Assembly (NCBI GenBank): GCA_964016885.1
Contig: CAXHJY010000736.1
Coordinates: 124,001-188,000, forward strand
Source: Eledone cirrhosa
Lineage: Eukaryota
Direction: 5' to 3'
DNA length: 64,000 nt
Shown: positions 30,943-42,680 of the stretch, in pieces
Layout: each line of letters begins with the position of its first letter
Numbering within the stretch: position 1 is the first letter of the stretch
Translations under genes and position numbers: made by a program
Notes under the pieces: model-generated
The model's input: only the letters and a program-made list of their open reading frames with translations
Database searches by the model: none
Told to the model about the DNA's origin: nothing

Positions 30943-30997
<55 letters not shown>

Positions 30998-31117
30998 TAT
31001 ATACATATAATATATATATATATATATATTATATATATACGTATACATATATATATATATCATATAATATATATATATATATATATATAATATATATATA
31101 TATATAATATATATATA

Positions 31118-31160
<43 letters not shown>

Positions 31161-31512
31161 TATATAATATATATATATAATATATATATATAATATATAT
31201 ATATATATAATATATATATATATAATATATATATATATAATATATATATATATAATATATATATATAATATATATATATATAATATATATATATATAATA
31301 TATATATATATAATATATATATATAATATATATATAGATAATATATATATAGATAATATATATATAGATAATATATATATATATAATATATATATATATA
31401 TAATATATATATATATTATATATATATATATTATCTATATATATATTATCTATATATATATTATCTATATATATATTATATATATATATTATATATATAT
31501 ATATTATATATA

Positions 31513-31550
<38 letters not shown>

Positions 31551-31558
31551 TATATATG

Positions 31559-31600
<42 letters not shown>

Positions 31601-31601
31601 T

Positions 31602-31669
<68 letters not shown>

Positions 31670-31690
31670 ATATATATATATGTAATATAT

Positions 31691-31732
<42 letters not shown>

Positions 31733-31740
31733 ATATATAT

Positions 31741-31775
<35 letters not shown>

Positions 31776-31790
31776 ATATATAATATATAT

Positions 31791-31832
<42 letters not shown>

Positions 31833-31853
31833 ATATATTACATATATATATAT

Positions 31854-31921
<68 letters not shown>

Positions 31922-31922
31922 A

Positions 31923-32008
<86 letters not shown>

Positions 32009-32038
32009 CATATACATATATATATATACATATACATA

Positions 32039-32385
32039 TGGAGGTACATGGCTTAGTGGTTAGAGCATTGGCCTTGCAATCGAAAGGTTGTGAGTTCAAT
32101 TCTCAGACCAGGTGATGTGTTGTTTGCTTGAGCAAGACATTTTATTTCACATTGCTCCAGTTTACTCAGCTGTAGAAATGAGATGATAGGGACTGAGGTC
32201 CCTATCATTCCACAGCAAAGTGGTCGTGGAGGTGCCACGGCAAAAAAGCACCAGTACTCACTGTAAATGAGGTTGGTGTTAGGAAGGGCATCCGGCTGTA
32301 GAAATCAAGCCAGAATCAGTTCCCGTCCCACCCTTGCAAGCAAGGAAAAGTGGACGTAAAATGAAATGAAATAAAATGAAATGAA
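32039..32385 (+). mobile_element. tRNA-derived SINE with an RTE-derived 3' tail
   Basis: A box TGGCTTAGTGG, B box GTTCAATTC; 32220-32360 matches the 3' UTR of the RTE at 52330-52570. Confidence 0.85.
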
Positions 32386-32413
32386 TATATATATATTATA
32401 TATATACATATAC

Positions 32414-32447
<34 letters not shown>

Positions 32448-32748
32448 TATATATATACATATACATATATATTATATATATACATATACATATATATTAT
32501 ATATATACATATACATATATAATATTTATATATATATATATATAATATATATATATAATATATATATATATATATAATATATATATATATATATGTGTGT
32601 GTGTATATATATATGTTTGTGTATGTGTATAATATGTGTGTGTGTGTATATAAATGTGTGTGTATGTGTATATATGTGTGTGTGTGTGTGTATGTGTGTA
32701 TGTATATGTATGTGTGTGTGTATGTATGTGTGTATATGTATATGTATG

Positions 32749-32796
<48 letters not shown>

Positions 32797-32856
32797 AAAT
32801 ATTTAAAAAATAATGAATAAAACAATGAAACAGTTCCTTATATTAAACAAAAAAAG

Positions 32857-33010
32857 TTCATTATTTAACGATCGTTTCTAGGATATATATGTGTTAGAAT
32901 TGGCATGCATATTCAACAGATCTATGTACAAAATTATACAAAATTATACAAACTATCAAAATTAAATATACATACCAACACATATATATGCCGTCTTCAG
33001 AAATAATGAA
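32857..33010 (-). ncRNA. Type I hammerhead with ~115-nt stem II domain (family I)
   Basis: Minus strand: TTCATTATTT-CTGAAGA-CGGCATATATATGTGTTGG...CTAACACATATATATCCTA-GAAA-CGATCG-TT-AAATAATGAA; perfect 10-bp stem I. Confidence 0.75.
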
Positions 33011-33605
33011 ATATATTTATTGATAATAACAACAATTCAAAATTACAGGTCGTTTGGGAACAGAGTTCAAATTGACCAATGAAAACACAAAAAGTTTATA
33101 CAGTTAGGTGTATGCATATATGTAAGTAACTTCGTTCACAGATATGCATAAAAATATATATGTTCACATGCATACGCATGCCGAAAAGATGTATGTAAAT
33201 ACAAAAATTCAGGGCTAATGTCTCTGTATGTTTATAATCTACAGATAAAATACGTATACGCATATAAACATATAAATATAAAAATAAATATATACACATT
33301 CATATACTCACACATATACATACATTCACACACACACGCGCGTATACGCATAAACATACACACAACCACGAACATACATACACACACACACTCACACACA
33401 CATATATGTGTATATACCATTATCATAAGCATATGGACATTAATACGCGCACATAAACACTGCCACACATATTTAGATCCAGATACAGAAAGTAGGTGGG
33501 GGGGGGGGAAGAGGTCAGTATTAACTGGTGTCAGCAAACTGCCTATTTATAAATGTATCTATAAATTTAGAAATAAAAAGAAAAAGAAAAAAGAAAAATA
33601 TTAAG

Positions 33606-33658
<53 letters not shown>

Positions 33659-33684
33659 AAGTAAAATATAAAATATACATCGAT

Positions 33685-33719
<35 letters not shown>

Positions 33720-34019
33720 AACACATACACTTATATACATATACATACATATACATACACACACCATATAAATACATATACACGTACACACACGCATACA
33801 TATAGAGACACATACATATACACATATAAATACATAGACATATACATATATACACACATATATATATATATATATACACACATACATATATATATATACA
33901 TTCACAACACACATATATATATACATATATAAATATATATAGATATATATATATATATACATATATCTATACACATATATAAACACACTCATGTATATAC
34001 ACACATACACATACATACC

Positions 34020-34107
<88 letters not shown>

Positions 34108-34180
34108 CACACATACATACACACATATACACATACACACATACAAAGATATATATATATACACACACACATATAATATA

Positions 34181-34235
<55 letters not shown>

Positions 34236-34545
34236 TATATATACACATACATACACATACATACTCATACATAGACATACATATATACACACACACACAT
34301 ACACACATACATATACGCATATATACACGTACATACACATCCATGCATGCGTATACACATACAAACACAACCACACGCTCACACAACTCAGACATACATA
34401 AATAAAGGGATATACATACACATATATACATATATAAATAGAGATACATATACACATATAAATATATACACACATACACACACACACACATATACATACA
34501 CATACATATACACATACATATATATACACACACATATATATACAC

Positions 34546-34584
<39 letters not shown>

Positions 34585-34673
34585 AAAAATAAAGAAATAA
34601 AATAAATAAATAAATAAATAAATTAATACACACAGTCAGACAAATATGCACACACATACATATACACATATAT

Positions 34674-34716
<43 letters not shown>

Positions 34717-34752
34717 CATACATATATATATATACACATACACACATCAACT

Positions 34753-34787
<35 letters not shown>

Positions 34788-34790
<3 letters not shown>

Positions 34791-35168
34791 AAAGTTATAT
34801 TTAAATTGTTGGGTTACAACTAGTAAATATTTATAACTGATATAAAAGCACTCAACAAGTATTTGGAGTATATTTACGATACTAAATAAATGGAAACTAC
34901 ATCTACAAAACCACATCTATCTCATCATACATACCTCAGGGACATCACACTAACAATATGTTATGCCCTCCCCAGACAAAATACTGCCAAATCAACTTTT
35001 CAAATACAAGTCGATGTTGAACGGTATGTCAAATCTATTTATTTATAAAACTGTCTATATTGTATTTTGTCTGAAGAAGGCACAACACATCGTCAATATG
35101 ACATCCCTGAAACATATATAATGAAACAAATATGGCCCTACAAATACAGCCTCCATTCATTCAATATC

Positions 35169-35170
<2 letters not shown>
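34788..35170. mobile_element. Inverted pair of family-E-related pseudo-LTRs, with hammerhead at 35064-35127 (+)
   Basis: 34790-34985 resembles the reverse complement of 15910-16110; TTTTGT-CTGAAGA-AGG...CCT-GAAA-CATATA-TA-ATGAAA. Confidence 0.65.
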
Positions 35171-35208
<38 letters not shown>

Positions 35209-35336
35209 TCACATATACATGCGCACATACGTACATATATACATATACACACATATACACATAGACGTATATATGCGCATACATATACATACACACATAT
35301 ACCCACATAAATACATAGATACACATATATATATAC

Positions 35337-35411
<75 letters not shown>

Positions 35412-36442
35412 ATCATACACCCTTATTTACATGCGCACATATGTATTTTTATACTCACATACAAACACCCAAACATACATACCTACCTACATATACATAC
35501 ATACATCCACGCTTACAAATACAAATAATAATAGGGGGGGGGGGATTATAGTAAATATAGGTTTCAAGAAACATAGAATATTAATCTGCATTTAGATCAT
35601 AATATGTGTTTACATAGTAGTTTCAGTATTAGGAAATGTAAGAAAGAAGGCAAAATTATGCATTTTAATAGAAGTAGACTATTAATTAAAGGTTAACTAA
35701 ATTAAAGATAGTTAATATATTGATTTCTAATGTGTATACTACTTAGGTTTATAATATTTGAAGCGGAATTTTGAAGTTAAATAGTAGTAGAGTATTAACT
35801 ATAGTATAACTAAATTAAAATTATTAACGTTATGGTATCAATATTAGGAAATTAATTTAGTAATAGGGAAAAAAACCAAATAAAATATTACATCGGTAGT
35901 AGAATATAAATTATAGGTTAACTAAATTAAAAATTATATATTAATTTCTATAGTATATGTTAATTAGGTTTATAATAATTAAAACAGATATTGTATTTTA
36001 TCTATAGTAGAATATAATTATAGGTAAACAGAAATTAAAATTAATATATACACATATATATATACATATACATATATACATATATACATATATATATATA
36101 TACACATATACATACATATATATATATACATATACATATTTTTTCAAAAATTGCAAAGAATATATTAACTAGGTATACATCCAAAACCTATCTCAGTCTA
36201 TGATTACATGACACTCTGCAATCCATCTGTATTAGGATTTTAATTTTAAGCCAATTAAATTAAATTTTTAGGTTAACCAAATTAATTTACGAAGTATATA
36301 TTAGTAATATTTAAAAGTTTTTCACAATTTATGATTACACAATATTTTATAATCTCATCTGTAGTAGAATTTTAATTAAATTAAATTTATAGGTTAACTA
36401 ACATTTAAATTAAATTATATATTAATTTCTAAAATAATGTTA

Positions 36443-37452
36443 TTAATTAGGTTTATAATATTTAAATGTTTTTCTTAGTTTATGATTACACGATATAATT
36501 AATTCCTGTCGTTTATTTAATAGGATATCCTTAGATTTCATTATTTCAAATAGTTCTTGGGAACATAATCTACATTCATTTCTATTATTTTGATAAGGGG
36601 TGGCTCTTTTGAGCACACTCCAGGTCATATCATATTCTATATTCTTATTTTTATAACTATTGATTTTTTCTGCTAGAGATGTTGTATTAGCCAGTGCGGC
36701 ATTTTTAAAACTATGTTTGTGGGTATTAAACCTTACCTTAAAATTGTTAGAAGTAGCTCCTATATATGAGCAAATAGAATCTTTAGTTTTAACATTACAT
36801 TTATAAACTATGTTGTTAACAAGACAATTTCCTTTTAATGGGCAGTTTGCTTTGTTTCTAGAGTTACAACCTTTCGTTAATTCTGTATTTGAGGAGATAT
36901 TATGGTTAGTTTGATGTATTGGTGGTATACTTATGGTATTCTTACATTTATATGCATTATAGGCACTTATATTTTGTTTTATGTTATTGGTTGTTGAGTA
37001 TGAGAATTTAACTGCAGACCTATTTAAGATTTGATGGTATTTGTGGTTTGGCGGGAAGTTTTTCTCTAGGATATAAAAAATTTTTTTAGCAATATTATCC
37101 TTAATTTGTAAATTAAATGGAGCATTATACCAAGTAACTCGTCTATTACGGTTTCTATGTTGTTTATTATTTTTATAGGTTGTATCGTGATGTTTACTAG
37201 GAGGATTAATGTTAATGATCTCACCACGCACATTTTTAGTTAGATTTATAGATTTAGGTGTTTTATCTTGTTTATTAGGAGTTTTATTATTAACATTTAT
37301 TAGAGTTGTATGATGAGTAGTTTTTTGAGAGTTACTATACTTTATATTAGAAGAGTTGTTGGTATTTTGGGGTATAGTGTGGGTGGCATTTAGGTGTGTA
37401 CTTTTCATTTGGTGTTTGTTGGTAATATTAGGTTGTATGTTTATAGTATTTA
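36443..37452 (-). pseudogene. 5'-truncated copy of the Hydra-type PLE at 61659 (linker + GIY-YIG); AT-rich 3' region extends to ~36140
   Basis: Protein nearly identical to the C-terminal ~330 aa of 61659-63782. Confidence 0.92.
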
Positions 37453-37465
37453 CATAAATACACAC

Positions 37466-37512
<47 letters not shown>

Positions 37513-37525
37513 CATATATATATAC

Positions 37526-37578
<53 letters not shown>

Positions 37579-37609
37579 CATATATATATACATATATATA
37601 TACATATAA

Positions 37610-37644
<35 letters not shown>

Positions 37645-37649
37645 CATAC

Positions 37650-37686
<37 letters not shown>

Positions 37687-37687
37687 C

Positions 37688-40600
37688 ATATATTAGAAAG
37701 ATCGAGTATCGAAAAATCGGCGCACGAGTTCACGATAAACGAAATTCGATATGAGCGGCAGAGGGCTCAATAATTCAGATGAATCAGAGCTATAACTATC
37801 GTTAAAATACCGTCACATATAGAACAAGTCTACAATCAACCATACGATTTAAAATCGATAGAGGAAGATTCGGGCCAAACAGATAAAAAATATCAATAAA
37901 ACAATACGTCAATAATTTAAATGAATGTAAAATCATACCCGGACCCACTAGACAGGTGTTAAATCTAGCTTCATGGGTTTCTGTAAATCCTTAGACTGTA
38001 TTCTATCAGCTCACATATAAATATAAAAGCCTACTAGAGTAAGCGGAACGGAGGTTTACTTTCTCAACGAGTTTTTTCCTGGCGGCAGAGGAGCCAACTA
38101 CCAGTGAAAAACGCACATGGCATTAGACAAGGGAGATGACCCCTATATCCGCGAAAACAATTCGAGTGAATGTGGAAATACACATATCGAATTAGAGTGC
38201 TCAATAGACATGTTAAAATAAAACAAAAGCTATTCATCACTCAATAGAATCGACAAAATATGAGCAATAAAATTAACTGGTGGATAGCTATGTCCAGAGC
38301 TAAATATATTAGAAAGATCGAGTATCGAAAAATCGGCGCACGAGTTCACGATAAACGAAATTCGATATGAGCGGCAGAGGGCTCAATAATTCAGATGAAT
38401 CAGAGCTATAACTATCGTTAAAATACCGTCACATATAGAACAAGTCTACAATCAACCATACGATTTAAAATCGATAGAGGAAGATTCGGGCCAAACAGAT
38501 AAAAAATATCAATAAAACAATACGTCAATAATTTAAATGAATGTAAAATCATACCCGGACCCACTAGACAGGTGTTAAATCTAGCTTCATGGGTTTCTGT
38601 AAATCCTTAGACTGTACTCTATCAGCTCACATATAAATATAAAAGCCTACTAGAGTAAGCGGAACGGAGGTTTACTTTCTCAACGAGTTTTTTCCTGGCG
38701 GCAGAGGAGCCAACTACCAGTGAAAAACGCACATGGCATTAGACAAGGGAGATGACTCCTATATCCGCGAAAACAATTCGAGTGAATGTGGAAATACACA
38801 TATCGAATTAGAGTGCTCAATAGACATGTTAAGATAAAACAAAAGCTATTCATCACTCAATAGAATCGACAAAAAATGAGCAATAAAATTAACTGGTGGA
38901 TAGCTATGTCCAGAGCTAAATATATTAGAAAGATCGAGTATCGAAAAATCGGCGCACGAGTTCACGATAAACGAAATTCGATATGAGCGGCAGAGGGCTC
39001 AATAATTCAGATGAATCAGAGCTATAACTATCGTTAAAATACCGTCACATATAGAACAAGTCTACAATCAACCATACGATTTAAAATCGATAGAGGAAGA
39101 TTCGGGCCAAACAGATAAAAAATATCAATAAAACAATACGTCAATAATTTAAATGAATGTAAAATCATACCCGGACCCACTAGACAGGTGTTAAATCTAG
39201 CTTCATGGGTTTCTGTAAATCCTTAGACTGTACTCTATCAGCTCACATATAAATATAAAAGCCTACTAGAGTAAGCGGAACGGAGGTTTACTTTCTCAAC
39301 GAGTTTTTTCCTGGCGGCAGAGGAGCCAACTACCAGTGAAAAACGCACATGGCATTAGACAAGGGAGATGACCCCTATATCCGCGAAAACAATTCGAGTG
39401 AATGTGGAAATACACATATCGAATTAGAGTGCTCAATAGACATGTTAAAATAAAACAAAAGCTATTCATCACTCAATAGAATCGGCAAAAAATGAGCAAT
39501 AAAATTAACTGGTGGATAGCTATGTCCAGAGCTAAATATATTAGAAAGATCGAGTATCGAAAAATCGGCGCACGAGTTCACGATAAACGAAATTCGATAT
39601 GAGCGGCAGAGGGCTCAATAATTCAGATGAATCAGAGCTATAACTATCGTTAAAATACCGTCACATATAGAACAAGTCTACAATCAACCATACGATTTAA
39701 AATCGATAGAGGAAGATTCGGGCCAAACAGATAAAAAATATCAATAAAACAATACGTCAATAATTTAAATGAATGTAAAATCATACCCGGACCCACTAGA
39801 CAGGTGTTAAATCTAGCTTCATGGGTTTCTGTAAATCCTTAGACTGTACTCTATCAGCTCACATATAAATATAAAAGCCTACTAGAGTAAGCGGAACGGA
39901 GGTTTACTTTCTCAACGAGTTTTTTCCTGGCGGCAGAGGAGCCAACTACCAGTGAAAAACGCACATGGCATTAGACAAGGGAGATGACTCCTATATCCGC
40001 GAAAACAATTCGAGTGAATGTGGAAATACACATATCGAATTAGAGTGCTCAATAGACATGTTAAGATAAAACAAAAGCTATTCATCACTCAATAGAATCG
40101 ACAAAAAATGAGCAATAAAATTAACTGGTGGATAGCTATGTCCAGAGCTAAATATATTAGAAAGATCGAGTATCGAAAAATCGGCGCACGAGTTCACGAT
40201 AAACGAAATTCGATATGAGCGGCAGAGGGCTCAATAATTCAGATGAATCAGAGCTATAACTATCGTTAAAATACCGTCACATATAGAACAAGTCTACAAT
40301 CAACCATACGATTTAAAATCGATAGAGGAAGATTCGGGCCAAACAGATAAAAAATATCAATAAAACAATACGTCAATAATTTAAATGAATGTAAAATCAT
40401 ACCCGGACCCACTAGACAGGTGTTAAATCTAGCTTCATGGGTTTCTGTAAATCCTTAGACTGTACTCTATCAGCTCACATATAAATATAAAAGCCTACTA
40501 GAGTAAGCGGAACGGAGGTTTACTTTCTCAACGAGTTTTTTCCTGGCGGCAGAGGAGCCAACTACCAGTGAAAAACGCACATGGCATTAGACAAGGGAGA

Positions 40601-41046
40601 TGACCCCTATATCCGCGAAAACAATTCGAGTGAATGTGGAAATACACATATCGAATTAGAGTGCTCAATAGACATGTTAAAATAAAACAAAAGCTATTCA
40701 TCACTCAATAGAATCGACAAAAAATGAGCAATAAAATTAACTGGTGGATAGCTATGTCCAGAGCTAAATATATTAGAAAGATCGAGTATCGAAAAATCGG
40801 CGCACGAGTTCACGATAAACGAAATTCGATATGAGCGGCAGAGGGCTCAATAATTCAGATGAATCAGAGCTATAACTATCGTTAAAATACCGTCACATAT
40901 AGAACAAGTCTACAATCAACCATACGATTTAAAATCGATAGAGGAAGATTCGGGCCAAACAGATAAAAAATATCAATAAAACAATACGTCAATAATTTAA
41001 ATGAATGTAAAATCATACCCGGACCCACTAGACAGGTGTTAAATCT
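37688..41046 (-). repeat. Tandem array of 616-bp units (~5.4 copies), one atypical hammerhead per unit; retrozyme-like (family L)
   Basis: Units start at 37691, 38307, 38923, 39539, 40155 and 40771; flanked by (TA)n; no ORF. Confidence 0.95.
37937..38072 (-). ncRNA. Atypical extended type I hammerhead, family L (also 38553-38688, 39169-39304, 39785-39920, 40401-40536, 20912-21047)
   Basis: Minus strand: ACTCG-TTGAGAA-[~80-nt hairpin]-GAAA-CCCA tgaag CTAGA...TCTAG TGGG-TC-CGGGT; covariation with the 20912 copy. Confidence 0.78.
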
Positions 41047-41072
41047 ATATATATATATACATATATATATAC

Positions 41073-41111
<39 letters not shown>

Positions 41112-41136
41112 CAAATATATATATATATATACATAC

Positions 41137-41183
<47 letters not shown>

Positions 41184-41204
41184 TATATACATATATATAT
41201 ATAC

Positions 41205-41235
<31 letters not shown>

Positions 41236-41236
41236 C

Positions 41237-41301
<65 letters not shown>

Positions 41302-41303
41302 CA

Positions 41304-41470
41304 TGGACACACTAGAAGAGGAAGACCAAGGTTAACATATGTTGATGCCCTAAGGACAGACACTGGTCTGTTGGAGACGCGGGACATGGCAGCGATAATG
41401 AGGGACAGAGACCGCTGGAGAGAACTCGTCCATGGATCTCGGGAATTTTACCCGCCTTAGATAGATAGAT
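41304..41470 (+). mobile_element. Short 3'-end copy of the 22979 RTE family (another at 49381-49538)
   Basis: Near-identical to the reverse complement of 22970-23137; ends ...CCGCCTTAGATAGAT. Confidence 0.9.
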
Positions 41471-42175
41471 ATATATATATATACATACATATATATATAT
41501 ATATACATACATATATATACATATACTAAAGGATCGAACGGACCACATCCGGCAACTACTGGCTATTAGATCCACAGGTACATCTCCCAGAGAGTCCACG
41601 CAGATAATAGTGAACCCCAGGTGATCTATGAACGTTTAAACAAGACCAACTGCGCCTGGAGCTATGCAGATGACTGCTTACGCCTAGTGGATATCGTGCC
41701 TGGAGCTGTGCAGGGGACTGCATAGGCAGAATGGATATCGCGCCCACACGGTCACCAGTAATGTTCATCCTGTTATATTTTTGCAATAATTTTATGATAA
41801 TTTTGTAATAATTTTGCGATAATTTTATGATGATTTGATAATTTTGTAATGATTTTGTGGTAATTTTGTAATGATTTTGTAATAATTTTTAATCCTGTAT
41901 CAATAATTTTAGAATGTTTTTTTGTGATAATACAGGGTAGGATCACTGAAGCTACCTTGTACCTTCTTAAGGATACATTTTATGATTATTGTCTTTTTGC
42001 TTATGTATTTTCTTAGTTACCACTTTCTTAGTTACCACTTTCTATATATACATATATATATATACATATATATATATATACATATACATATATATATATA
42101 TACATATACATATATATATATATACATATACATATATATACATATACATATACATATATATATATACATATACAT

Positions 42176-42209
<34 letters not shown>

Positions 42210-42680
42210 ATATACATATACATATATATATATATATATACATATATATATACAAATACATATATATATATACATATATATATACATATATATATACATA
42301 CAAATACATATATATACATATATCATCATCATCATCATCATCAACGTTTAACGTCCGTGTTCCACGCTTGCATGGGTTTGGACGGGGGTAGTCCCACTTG
42401 AGGCAAGAATGATTGTCTTGCTCGCATAGGACTGTCTGGCGGGTTTTCTACAGCTGGATGCCCTTCCTAACACCAACCACATTTACAGTGTGGGTCTGGG
42501 AGGTTTTTACCGTGTTGCCTACACGGCCACATTACAGCGTGGACTGTGTGTTTTTTTGTCGTGACACCTACACGATCTCATTTGTTTCGGCCCGGATGGC
42601 GCGGCACCAACATAACTTTACATAGGACGGGGTGGTGTGGATCGGGTGGGGGTGGTGGTGGTGGGACGGGGTGTATTTTG

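Noticed and set aside
38000-38012. CTGATAG (minus strand) as the family-L hammerhead core
   Set aside because: Gives no stem I; it lies inside the long stem II, and the upstream TTGAGAA fits all helices.
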